A stretch of DNA of 64,000 nucleotides, from NCBI GenBank assembly GCA_043228905.1, contig JBHGNT010000014.1:9176001-9240000 (forward strand), written 5' to 3'. Shown in pieces: positions 51,131 to 63,834 of this stretch. Made by a program: the position numbers and the translations under genes. Every line of letters begins with the position of its first letter. The stretch's first letter is position 1. A model generated the notes under the pieces. That model worked only from the letters and a program-made list of their open reading frames with translations, made no database searches and was not told the DNA's origin. The DNA is from Azolla caroliniana. Taxonomy: Eukaryota; Plantae; Polypodiophyta.

Positions 51131-51624
51131 ATGTACCCGGAGAGAGATCCGGATGCGGGGACATATTTGTGAATATGTTTGCTAAGAGCCCTTGAGGCTA
51201 TATTTGTAAATAGCCCGAAAGTCATATGTGTATAAATATGACTTAGGGCAAACAGTTTATGTTGTCGCTCATTTTGAGAGAGAGAGAGAAAAGTGAGTAG
51301 CCGAGAGAGAGAGAGAGAGAGAGAGAGACGAAGAGGTCGTTGCCTCTGTGTACTACCGCCGCCTGTGGCGAAGACAGTGAGCTCAAGGTTGTTGCCTTGT
51401 AGCTTCACCATTGTACATCTCTGTCTATAGTGATAGTTGGAGTTTGAGGACTCTCGTGGTTTTTCCCCAGTTAGGGTTTTCCACGTAAAACATCCCGTGT
51501 ACTCTTCTCTCTATTGTACTTCGTGCATTTCGTATTTCCTGTTTTCTGAAAGTTGATCCTATTCCTCGGTTGTGGCCGAGCGCTGTTTGCAACAAGTGGT
51601 ATCAGAGCACGGTTAACACAGAAA

Positions 51625-54600
51625 ATGGAAGGCGGCGGTAGTGGGCCTCCGGGCATGATGGTGTTGAACTCACATAACTACGCCGACTGGAAGATAAAGA
51701 TGGAAGACCTTCTCATCGTCCGAGACCTGTATGAACCGATCGACAATGCCGAGATACCCAAGGGGGTAATAGAGTCGGAGTGGAAGCTCCTGAACCGGAA
51801 AGCCGTAGCGACGATCCGGCAATATGTCGATGTAAGCGTTCTACAACATGTGGCGAATGACACAAACGCATATGAGATGTGGAAGAAGCTGTCGGGCCTC
51901 TACGAGAGGAAGAATGCGTTGAACCGGACCTCCCTGATGAGGAAGATAGTGAACCTCAAGTACCGGGACGGCGAGAATATGGTTGAACACGTGAGCACGT
52001 TCATGGGATTCGTGAACCAGCTTGCGGCGATCAAGTTCCCGTTGGAGGATGCAATGCAAGCCATCATTCTGATGTGTACATTGCCGGAAAGCTGGGAGAA
52101 CTTGGTGGTGACTCTCAGCACCTCCTGCACCGAAGATAACTTGTCTCTACAAACGGTAAAGACAAGCATTTTGAACGAAGAAGCGCGTCGGAGAGATAAA
52201 GAACCGGTTTCCGAGCCGAAGATGCTGCTTACCGAATCGGATCGGGGAAGACAATGGAACCGGAGTCCGCAAAGACGGGAGAAGTCGGGGACCCGGTCGC
52301 AGTCAAGAGGAAGGCCCACATGCTTCCACTGTGGGAAGCCGGGGCACTTCCGGAAGAATTGTCGGCATTACCGAAAAGACAACGGAGCCGACGACACCGA
52401 TTCGAAGAAGTCACCGGAGCGAAACGGTGCATACCGGGGAGCCACGGACCGGAGATGTCCGGATCGGCGAGGGCAGGACCGGAAAGGAACGACGGCACTC
52501 GCGGCAAGTGAAGAAGAGATAATGCTCATTACCGAAGAGAGGGAGCTGAACCTTGCCGGTGAAGAGATGACCTGGGTGGTCGATTCCGGAGCGTCGTTCC
52601 ACCTGACCCCGGAGAAGAAATACTTCTCATCCTACACAGCCGGTGAGCACGGCTGTGTCCGGATGGGAAATGAAGGTACATGCCGGATTGCCGGCATAGG
52701 AGATGTGTGGCTGATGACATCAACCGGATGCAAAATGCTGCTGAAGGATGTTCGACACGTTCCGGAGGTTCGATTGAACCTGATTTCGGCCGGGAGGCTA
52801 GACGATGAAGGCTACACGGGTAGCATCCGGAACGGTGTCATGAAGTTCAGCAAAGGGAGCCTGATAGTGGCTCGGGCCCGGAAGGTCAACACACTGTACC
52901 TGATGAATTCCCGGCTATGTCCGGAGGAGCTGAACGTGGCAGCTGACACTGCCGGTGAGCTGTGGCACAAGAGACTGTGCCACATGAGCGAGAAGGGGTT
53001 GAAGAGGCTTGCCGAAGACAACCTGATACCAGTGAAGCATGTGCACCTAGAGAAGTGTACCGACTGTCTGGCCGGTAAGCAAAACCGGACCTCCTTCCAC
53101 TCAAGGCCACCGACGAGACGTAGCGCACCATTGGAGTTGGTGCACACTGACGTGTGTCAGGTAGAAACGAAGTCACATGGCGGAGCCCAGTACTTCGTAA
53201 CATTCATAGATGACCATAGCCGGAAGCTGTGGACGGCACCGTTGAAGACAAAGGACCAAGTATTGTCCGTCTTCAAAGAACTCCACGCGAGAGTGGAAAG
53301 GGAATCCGGTAGGGAGCTGAAAGCGATACGAGCGGATAACGGAGGAGAATACCGGGGGCAGTTCGAGGAGTACTGTCGCTCAAAGGGAATCCGGCTCGAG
53401 TTTACTGTGCCGAAGACGCCGGAACTGAACGGGCTGGCCGAGAGGATGAACCAGACCATAATGGAGAGGGTCCGGAGTATGCTGGCGCATGCGAAATTAC
53501 CCAAGGGGTTTTGGGCTGAGGCAATGTCGACGGCGACATACGTGATAAACAGATCACCCTCAGTACCTTTGGACGGAGACACGCCGTAGAGAGTGTGGAC
53601 CGGTAGGGAAGTATCCTACCGGCATCTGAAGGTGTTCGGGTGTCTCGCATATGTGCATGTGGCAAAGGACCGGAGAGGAAAGCTAGATCCAAAGACCCGG
53701 CCATGCATATTCCTCGGTTACGGCGACGACGAGTTCGGCTACCGAGTATGGGACCCGGTCAACAAGAAGATATTCAGGAGTCGTGATATCATCTTCATGG
53801 AGGACAAGACACTCGCCGACTGGGAGTCAGAGAAGAAGATGAAGAGCTCCAAGTCGACCGGTGAGGATCAACTCTACGAGGAGCAGTCCCGACCGGCAAG
53901 GGACCGGTTAGCACTCGAGGATCCGGCCGAAGACGGTGAAGAAACAGAACCGGCCGAGGAAGATGAAACTGATACCGGAACCGGCCCCGATCCCGAAATG
54001 GATCCGGATGAAGAAGAAACGGAAGAGCCGGTTACCGAAGCTCCGGAACGGAGATATCCTCTAATAGAGAGAAGGGCCCCCCGGAGATTTCCGGAACCAG
54101 AGCACGTGCTGCTAACCGACGAGGGGGAGCCAGAGAGTTTTGAAGAAGCAAAGCTTGACACCCATAGCCGCAGGTGGTTAAGTGCCATGCAGGAGGAGAT
54201 GGATTCCCTGCATGAGAACCACACATATGAACTTGTGGAGTTGCCGAAAGGAAAGCGGGCACTTCGAAACAAGTGGGTGTTCAAGCTGAAACCGGGAGAT
54301 GCCGGAAATCCCCTGAGATACAAAGCCAGGATCGTGGTGAAGGGGTTCCAGCAGAAGAAGGGCGTCGACTTCGACGAAATATTTGCCCCGGTAGTGAAGA
54401 TGACCTCCATCCGGACGGTGCTGAGCATAGCGGCAAGCATGGACCTCGAGGTAGAACAGATGGACGTGAAGACGGCATTCCTTCACGCTGACCTCGAAGA
54501 AGAGATCTACATGCAGCAACCGGAAGGATTCGAGAAGAAAGGGAAGGAGCACCTGGTATGCCGGTTGAAGAAGAGCCTTTACGGACTGAAGCAGGCTCCC

Positions 54601-55698
54601 CGGCAATGGTATCGGAAGTTCGACTCCTTCATGACCGACGAAGGGTACCACAAAACGCAGTCCGATCACTGCGTGTTTGTGAAGAAGTTCGAAGGAGGAG
54701 ACTCTCTAGTACTCCTCCTGTACGTGGACGACATATTGATCGTCGAACGGGACCAGGGCAAGATACGGATGCTGAAGAAAGCACTTCACCGAACCTTCTC
54801 AATGAAGGACCTGGGTCCGGCGAGGCAAATACTAGGGATGCACATCATCCGAGACCGGAAGAAGAAGCAGTTGTGGCTGTCACAGGAGAAGTACATAACA
54901 AAGGTGCTTCACCGGTTCAACATGTCGGAAGCAAGACCGGTCGGATCAACCCTCCCGGCAAACTGCAAGCTGTCCAGCAAGCAAAGCCCCAAGACAAAGG
55001 CTGAGAAAGAGGACATGATGAAAGTACCATATGCCTCTGCCGTCGGAAGCTTGATGTACGCAATGGTGTGTACAAGACCGGACATAGGATATGCAGTCGG
55101 AGTGGTGAGCCGGTACATGAGCAATCCCGGCAAAGAGCACTGGAACGCGGTCAAGTGGATACTCCGATACCTGAAGGGCACGGCAAACGTGTGCCTCCGA
55201 TTCGGCTCCGGTAAGCCCGAACTCGACGGCTTTACCGATTCGGATATGTCGGCTGATGCAGATACCAGCCGGTCCACATCAGGGTATGTGATGACGTATG
55301 CAGGGGGAGCTGTTTCGTGGCAGTCGAGGCTGCAGAAGACGGTTGCGTTGTCAACCACGGAGGCGGAGTACATGGTGGCTGTTGAAGCCGGCAAGGAAAT
55401 AATATGGATGAAGGACTTCATTAGAGAGCTCGGTATCCGGCAAGAGGAGTACCGACTCTACTGCGACAGTCAGAGTGCCATCCACCTTGCGAAGAACGCG
55501 GCCTATCACTCCCGGACGAAGCACATCCAGCGAAGATATCACTGGATCCGGGAAAGGATAGAAGACCAGGAGTTCGTGCTGACGAAGATCCACACGGATG
55601 AGAACGGCTCAGATATGCTGACCAAAGTGCTCACACCCGACAAGTTGGAAGCATGCCGGAAGAGGATCGGATTGGAGAGACATCCCATGCCGAAGTGA
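51625..55698 (+). pseudogene. Copia gag-pol polyprotein with one in-frame stop (TAG 53587-53589)
   Basis: Gag, CFHCGKPGHFRKNC, WVVDSGAS, integrase RADNGGEY, RT LYVDD, RNase H FTDSD; one frame throughout. Confidence 0.95.
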
Positions 55699-58249
55699 AG
55701 GGGGAGTTTGTTGGGATTTTCGGTCCCTCCGGATGGGATGTCCCCGGAGATAAATGACGGCAAGCCCGGTTACGGAGCCGGATGATGAAGACCCCGGTTA
55801 CGGAGCCGGATGATGAAGACCCCGGTTACGGAGCCGGACGCTGAAGACCCCGGTTACGGAGCCGGATGACGAATGTACCCGGAGAGAGATCCGGATGCGG
55901 GGACATATTTGTGAATATGTTTGCTAAGAGCCCTTGAGGCTATATTTGTAAATAGCCCGAAAGTCATATGTGTATAAATATGACTTAGGGCAAACAGTTT
56001 ATGTTGTTGCTCATTTTGAGAGAGAGAGAGAAAAGTGAGTAGCCGAGAGAGAGAGAGAGAGAGAGAGACGAAGAGGTTGTTGCCTCTGTGTACTGCCGCC
56101 GCCTGTGGCGAAGACAGTGAGCTCAAGGTTGTTGCCTTGTAGCTTCACCATTGTACATCTCTGTCTATAGTGATAGTTGGAGTTTGAGGACTCTCGTGGT
56201 TTTTCCCCAGTTAGGGTTTTCCACGTAAAACATCCCGTGTACTCTTCTCTCTATTGTACTTCGTGCATTTCGTATTTCCTGTTTTCTGAAAGTTGATCCT
56301 ATTCCTCGGTTGTGGCCGAGCGCTGTTTGCAACACCTTTTTCTGTTGGAAACCTTTCACTACAATACGGGCCTTATAACTAGGTGTACTTCCGTCTTCTC
56401 CAGTCTTTAGTTTGTAGAACATTTGTTTCTAAGTGCCTTCTTTCCATCAAGTAGCTCCATCAGCTCATAGGTGTGGTTCTCATGCAAGGAATCCATTTCT
56501 TCTTGCATGGCATTATACCGTTTCTCCTTATGTGCATTAGTCATGACCTCTTCATAGCTTTCTGGTTCCCCTTCATCAGTCAAGAGAATATATTGATTGG
56601 CTGGATACCGAGAGGAGGTCTTTCTTTGTCTTCGTGGATATCTTCTTCCTTCAACAACCGATTTAGATTCGGTTTCTTCTACCAGCTCATCTTCCAACTC
56701 AGATTCGGATGCATCTATTTGTTGTTGAGTTTCGGCCGACTCAGATTCGACTTCATCAGTTGGCTGTTGTCTACCGACTGGTTGTGTGGGAGTGGGATTG
56801 ACTAGTGTAACAACAGTTGATTGGGAAGACGGCTATGGTCTTTGTTGCTTCCAGTCTTCAATTGTCTTGTCTTCCATGAATATAACATCTCGGCTTCTTA
56901 TCACTTTCTTATCAAGGAGATCCCACATTCTGTACCCGAACTCATCTTCTGAGTACCCCAAGAATATACAAGGCTTGGACTTGCTGTCCAGCTTTGACCT
57001 CTGATCTTTAGCAACATGTACATAGGCCAAGCATCCAAACACCCTCAAATGTTGATTAGACATATTCTTTCCCATTCACACCCTCTGTAGGACATCCCTC
57101 TTCAAAGGTATTGAGGGAGACCTGTTTATAAGGTAGACAACCGTCAACATTGCCTCAGCCCAATACGACTTTGGCAATTTTGCATGCGCCAACATGCTTC
57201 TTACCCTTCCCATTATGGTCTGATTCATTCTCTCTGTAGACCATTTAGCTCAAGTGTCTTCGGCACTGTATACTCAAGTTTGATGCCTTGAGTCTTGCAA
57301 TACATCTCAAATTGGCCTCTATACTCACCACCATTATCTATTCAGACAACCATCAACTTTTGTCCAGATTCTCTTTCTGTCTTTGCATGAAACTCTTTAA
57401 AGACCGACAACACTTGGTCCTTTAGACACCAATACAAATGCCCACACCTTTCTGCTGAAATCATCAATAAATGTCACGAAGTAATGTCCATGACGGTGTG
57501 ATGGGGCATCCACATAACATACATATGTGTGAACCAGTTGTAAGGCATACTCTCTTCTCATCGGAGGCCTAGAGTGAAAGGTTGTTCTATTCTGCTTTCC
57601 AGCCAAGCAGTCCACACACCTTTCAAGGTGTATTCCTTTCACCTCTGGTAGAAAATCCTTTTCAACAAGGATATGTATTCCCCTTTTGCTCATGTGTCCG
57701 AGCCTTTTATGCCACAACTCACCATCTGAGTCAGCCACTACATTTGCTTCGTCTCGGCACAACTTTGCATGCATTACATACGATGTGTTCTATTTTTGGG
57801 CTCGAGCCACAATTAGACTCCCTTTACAGAACTTCCATGTACCATTTCGAAAGCCACCATTGTAGCCTAACACGTTCGCGTTCACAAGTGGAAGGATCGC
57901 GCATTCCACTTGTAGAATCTTCTTGAAAATATCAAAATATACCCTCTCTACAAAAATTGGATGCACTAGTATCACATGTTCCACAACTTGATTAGAATTT
58001 GCAAATATAAAAATACATGATAGGTCTACGATTGGAGATCATTAGAAATTCAAATAAGTTTGGATGTGTTGATAAGTTAATGTAGGCATAATAAAGTTCA
58101 ACAATGGCTCAATATCTCACTAATGTGCGACATGGGCAACACTAAGTTAAAGACTTATATTAATTTGGTAAGTTTTACAAAAATATAAGGTGTACTTGTA
58201 ACCATACTAATAAAATGAGTTATAATTTATACTTTGACACATACGCGCA

Positions 58250-58502
58250 TATATATAATTGTGGACAATGTAGGATACTAAACTTTAGGATAATGTGATT
58301 GGAATAACAAACTTATTAAGGTATTTAATACTTGTATTTAAAGTTGATCTAATCTATTCCTCAGTTTGTTCGCATAGGATCAAACCATATGTATATAATT
58401 GTGGACAATGTAAGACAGTGAACTTTAGGATAATGTGGTGGAAATAACAAACCTATTAAGGCTTTCAATACTTGTATTTAAAATTGATCTAATCTATTCC
58501 CT
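58250..58502. repeat. ~140-bp tandem duplication
   Basis: TATATAATTGTGGACAATGTA...GATCTAATCTATTCC occurs twice. Confidence 0.85.
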
Positions 58503-58953
58503 AGGTGATTCACACGGGATCAAACTCCGAACAAAAACGCTATTGGAATTACAAGCGTATAAAAACATACGGATAACGCTAGTGGAACCATTATCAACAC
58601 ACTACACAATCTAAGAAGCAATGGAAGAGAAACATAATAGTTTTATCAATAGGAGACAAAGATCCATAATAACAACATGGGCAGTCATAACAACAATTCT
58701 ACGACCATGTAATGTTAAGGTAAAGTTTGACCAAAATCAGCCTCAATTTAAACTATTTCATGTTTCTTTATAAATTTGGTAGTCAACAATGCACGCGGTG
58801 AAACCAATGTCATAAGTCTACTAACCAAGTATATAAAAATAAAATTGAAACATATAGAAGATTATAAAGAATAGAATCCACCAAGTAAAACCCAAAATTT
58901 GCATTAATAATGTGAATTCCAAACAATACATTTCGCGTTTTAAAAAGAGTCTA

Positions 58954-61900
58954 TTACATAGCAAGCAAATCGTCAATGTCATTTTCTTCGTCATCTTGTA
59001 TAGAACTCTCTTCGACTATACGTGCATTGGCTTCTCCTGTTAGCCGAGCCAACGAAATATCTTCGATAAGCTCATCATCAAGCTCTATTAGCTCCCCCGG
59101 TTCCCCGACTAACAGAGGAATAGGCTCTTGCGACGCAGATTAAAACCTTTCTGTATCAGTGAGGTTCTTTGCACCGACCTCCTCGTCCTGGTCTGGGCAC
59201 TCCCACAAAGCCTTAATCCTCATGTTTATAAATATAACTTGCTCCTCGTCCTTCTCCAATGCAACTGTGTTTCTAAAGAGCTTCAATGCACATGCAAACG
59301 TTGTCCCTATGAGGAAAGTAACAAGAAGAATTAGTTCTCAAACAAAAAAGATTCAGTATTGGTTATCTCAACATCGTTAACCTAGTTCGAGGAATACTTG
59401 TGCTACAAAAGAGGTCTAATATCCAATCTCCTTCTACAGAAAACATCTCGATCAAGTGCATCATAAGTCATTGAGGTTTTTGGTATGGGTTGATAAGTCC
59501 CTGTTCTATCGTGGTGACTGTCGCAATTTCCGTGTCATTGCTGGATATACCAGCAGATTTGAACCTCCCACTTCATTAGAATGCTCCTTGATTCTTTGTG
59601 TCTTAATTTCATCAAAGTAGCCAACCGTAATGTATTCAATAGCATTTACGAACCGAAAGGTTGGCCCTCTATTTACATTGGTTTTTATCCTATAACAAAT
59701 ATTACATCAAGTTAAGAATAGATTGAGCAATCTTAAGAAAGGCAATATAGTGAATGAAAGATATAAATAATCCTTACCATGCAAGGTTCTTGATGCCATG
59801 GCAACGAGATCTTAAAGCTTGAGCTACAGAGTACCCTTGGTCCATACTATGAAAGACAACTATTCTCCATAACGATGCAACCGTTAGCTCAGCAAAATCC
59901 TTGACCATCCTCTCTAACTATTTAAACCTAAACGTTTCATCGTCATATGCTGACCCTGCCATTCGAAATCCGTATGGAATCTCTGCAATCATTAGCGTAT
60001 ATTCCTTCTTTGGCACTTTTTGGATCATGTCAACGACATCGCTGCAAACCACGTTGTAGTAAAGATCTATCGTAATATCCTTTTTGTGGCTAAATTTTTT
60101 GAAGGAGCCATCTTCCTCAATTTCGTACACCTTGACTAAGCGACGATCCTTTTCTTTTCTGGCTCTCTCGAGATGTGCAAGGAAGGATGTCGGGAAATCG
60201 TGTATATCCTTAACTTCTCCTTGTTTCTTGCCACGACACGGTTTCTAATAGAAGCAATAAGACATCAAGTATTATTACACAACCTCTACATATGAGGAAA
60301 GCTTAATGAAAAACCACCAATACTAACCCAATCCTTGAATGCAATAAAATACTCGTATAACGCCTTATATGAAGAAGTTAGAGGATAATCTTCGGTCACT
60401 TGTTCCCAAGTTATACATCCAAGTTGTTTCATCATAACTTCTTGGATCTTCATGTACACCTTATGACTGTGAAATTAGAAAACGAGATTAGAACTTTCAA
60501 TTGCACCATATTGAATTCAATATCACTATTTGAAATACTTACTTATTGAACTCAGTGACCATTTCGTGAAGGCTTAAATCTTTCACCACAACCCTTGACA
60601 AAACAGACATGCTCGTCCTTAATACCTTGCATCGCTCTCCATAGAGACAACTTCATGTCGTCAACCGCTTCTTCAATTGTCAAATCAATTTTCTTGGCCG
60701 CTTGTAACTTTAATTCTAGTTGAGGGTCTATCGTACATTTCTTTTGTCGTTGACCCTTGACCTCCTTATTCTCCCACATTGAGAATATTTGATCTTGTAG
60801 GTCCCATACTTCTCCATCTGTAAGGCAAGTTGAAACCAGGACTCATATTTCTGAAGACCATCGGACTTAACATTATCATCCACCACAATGCCGACTTCAT
60901 GCAAGCATTGATGTTGTAGGCCTGGATGTAGCTTCACACCGAACTTTTGTTTGACGTCTAAATACTCGTGGTGGAAGAACCTTAGATGCTCAATTGATGA
61001 CAATTTCTGCCTATAGTCATTATCGTTATTGTGGTCCCATGCCAACAACTTTGACTCTTTAGTTGTGAGGCCCACGTAAATTTTGCACTCGGCATACTTG
61101 AAGAAGAAAGTCGTTGGATGTTCCTTCACAAGTTGCCGATGTGCGTCCGCCGAATGTGATCCACCAATTACAAAGTAATTGTATTGATCATGCTTTCTTA
61201 TGTCAAAATCTTCAATGATTTCACATTCTTCGGGATCTACCATAACAATAAAAGGCACAACGGTAGCATGTGGATTAATTTTCATTTTTTTCTTGAGATT
61301 TTGAACATGCATTCGGTGTGGCTCTTTGATCTCAAGTGGTCTTCATCCTGTTTTTTCATCTATAGGGGGCCAATGGATCTGTGTTATAGGAAAATTAAAC
61401 ACTTGCCCTTTTCTGACCAGTTTACGTTGCATTAACTCTCTCCGTATCTTATTCTGCTCGGATGACAACACACCCGATGCTAGCTCAGCTCCTGGCGTCC
61501 CCTTAGTGTCCTCATCTTCGTTTGAGTTTGATGAGTCGGAGTTCGACATTTTAGTGGTCCTCTTTTTTGCTGGTCTTGATTGCACTTTAGATGCCCTTTT
61601 CAGGGCCTTCACTAGGGAGGGCTAGGGCTCCGTTAGAGTTACATGGCCTTGTATATAAGGCCTCAAGGTGACAATAAGGTTTTGTGAGCTTTGTAGATCT
61701 TTTTTAAAAGATTCTGGCCCACAAGATTCCTTTACTAGTAGATCTTCAGAAAGGTACACTTTACGTACCCCCTTAGAACACTCAATCATTACAAGTATGT
61801 TGGCTGAATCTGAATCTTCGTAGTCAAATCTTAGAATACGACCATACACAAATGCAGATTCATTTTCAAGTTGACCATCACCCTTCTTCTTTCTTGTATA

Positions 61901-63692
61901 CGACACGACTTTTTTCCTAGAGTCGACGTATTCCATACACCATTCCTTGTCCTTTATCACGGTCAGGAAGGTCCTCACCACCAGTAGCTGCTAACATTTT
62001 CTTTTGGCTGACCTCATTGGATAGTTGAGATTTTGTCTCCTCGTTGAAGAGAAGCTTTTTTCCTCTCTTCATGTTCTTAGGAACTGTTAGGGTCTTGGTC
62101 TCATTTGGAGAGCCCTGTATCCGGAGCTTTTTTTTTCTTCACAGGTCGGTCCGACAAGTTCTCAAACGACCTATTTAAGAAAGGACATGCGAAAACATAA
62201 GTTAGGTGGTCACGTAGATTAAGGTTGTATATTAAAATATACATCATTAGACGAAGACTAAAACTAGCAGGCGATTTGTGGTAAACTATAAATATCAATC
62301 ATGTACTGAGTGAACATGATAGTCCTTTATTCGGAAATCCATTCTAGTAAGGGCCATTCAACTTCGAAAATTATATATCTTAATAAGTATACAAGGATAT
62401 ATATATCATCTTGAAGGGTAGGTATGGCTTATATTGATTCCATATCCTTATTGTAGAGAATTTGCATATGACAGACTTAAATTTGCTATCATAAAGTTAA
62501 TTCGTGGGTTATTTTCTATTATTTTAAGCTATAATAGGTCATAAAAGCTTTTTCAGTAAGGCCCCTAGTTGTTACAAAATATGGCAATTGTCACTAAAAA
62601 AGTCTGATTTTGATAGAAAGTTTGGTATATTTTCACACATATACTAAATTATTCCCCCAAAGACACAATATTCCTGTTTAAATTTTGTGTTTTATATAGT
62701 AACTCGATACGCCATATCGAGTTCCTGTATAAAGTTAGTGTTTATACAGGAACTCAATACAGGGTATTGAGTTACACATACTTTACACAGGAACTTGATA
62801 CGACGTATCGAGTTCCTGTGCAAAACGGTGTATCAAGTTCCGTTATAAAACACGTACTTTACATAGGAACTCGATACGGCGTATCGAGTTACTGTATAAA
62901 ACAAAAACTTTTTATAGGAACTCGATACGCCGTGGTATATTTTCACACATACTAAATTATTCCCCCAAAGACACAATATTCCTGTTTAAATTTTGTGTTT
63001 TATATAGTAACTCGATACGACGTATCGAGTTCCTGTATAAAGTTAGTGTTTTTACAGGAACTCGATATAGGGTATCGAGTTACACATACTTTACATAGGA
63101 ACTTGATATGACGTATCGAGTTCCTGTGCAAAACGGCGTATCGAGTTCCGTTATAAAACACATACTTTACATAGGAACTCGATACGGCGTATCGAGTTAC
63201 TATATAAAACAAAAACTTTTTATAGGAACTCGATACGGCGTTTCGAGTTCTTGTATGAAACAAGAACTTTATACAAGAACTCGATACGCCGTATCGAGTT
63301 CTTGTATGAAACACAGACTTTATACAGGAACTCCATACGCCGTATCGAGTTCCTTTATAAAACACGGACTTTATACAGGAACTCGATATGGCGTATCGAG
63401 TTCCTGTTGAAAACGCAAACTTTATACAAGAACTCAATATGGCGTATCGAGTTCCTGTTTAAAACAAAAATTTTAAATAGGAACTCGATACGCCGTATCA
63501 AGTTCCTGTTGAAAATGCAAACTTTATACAAGAACTCGATACGGCGTATCGAGTTCCTATTTAAATCAGAAACTTTAAATAGGAACTCGCTACGCCGTAT
63601 CCAGTTCTTGAGTGCTAAAACATATTTACAAAAATGTCCAAAGTGTCAGACGCTTACCTGGAGTCTTGGCACTCGATTTTCTTTGAAGACAT
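58954..63692 (-). pseudogene. Spliced gene: ParB-like domain plus beta-class N6-adenine/N4-cytosine DNA methyltransferase (N6_N4_Mtase-like), disrupted
   Basis: Exons 63692-63658, 62170-60543, 60466-60328, 60244-59778, 59689-59398, 59306-58954 with GT-AG introns; YFVIGGSHS (ParB-like); CSDVVDMIQKVPKKEYTLMIAEIPYG, WIKTN..FVNAIEYITV, NPYQKP*LMMHLIEMFSVEGDWILDLFCST-TTFACALKLFRNTVALEKDEEQ. Confidence 0.85.
62701..63610. repeat. Array of palindromic units (AACTCGATAC-NNN-GTATCGAGTT), 51-bp period in the right half, with a ~308-bp block duplication
   Basis: Units start at 63176, 63227, 63278, 63329, 63380, 63431, 63482, 63533 and 63584; further copies at 62701-63120; 62624-62932 is duplicated at 62933-63240. 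Confidence 0.95.
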
Positions 63693-63826
63693 GGTGGACG
63701 TTGTTGATGCTTAGGGGGAGATCTCAATTTGGTGCTTGGTGCTTTGTGTGCTTTGTTTGCTCTGTGTGCTCTTGTGCTTTGTTCTGCTAGTGTGCTTCAT
63801 GTGATTGAAATATGAGGAGGTCTTCC

Positions 63827-63834
63827 TATTTATA
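63827..63834 (-). promoter_or_regulatory. TATA box of the ParB-MTase gene
   Basis: CTATAAATAG on the minus strand ~135 bp upstream of CCACCATG (63692). Confidence 0.6.

Larger units (their letters stand above)
50967..56334 (+). mobile_element. Young full-length Ty1/copia (Tnt1-like) with TSD CCTTT
   Basis: LTRs 50967-51594 and 55709-56334 (about 4 substitutions plus a GA-length difference); PBS TGGTATCAGAGC 51597-51608; PPT 55697-55706; CCTTT at 50962-50966 and 56335-56339. Confidence 0.97.
42505..57868 (-). mobile_element. Old family-B Ty1/copia hosting three nested insertions; 5' part displaced or lost at 57868
   Basis: 3' LTR 42505-43252, PPT ~43255-43264, RNase H 43350-43946, RT pieces (43950-44062, 49731-49800, 50494-50966, 56340-56700), integrase and GAG-pre 56830-57868. 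Confidence 0.88.

Noticed and set aside
53587-53592. Programmed readthrough in the young copia
   Set aside because: The stop is inside integrase, where the host paralog has CAG; a simple C>T change explains it.
62701-63610. CRISPR-like look (palindromic repeats with spacers)
   Set aside because: The spacers resemble each other and are short A/T tracts; there are no cas genes and the context is eukaryotic and intronic.
63000-63790. ORFs with 17-aa repeats (63000-63437, 63108-63410, 63251-63790)
   Set aside because: By-products of the 51-bp repeat, open in several frames on both strands.
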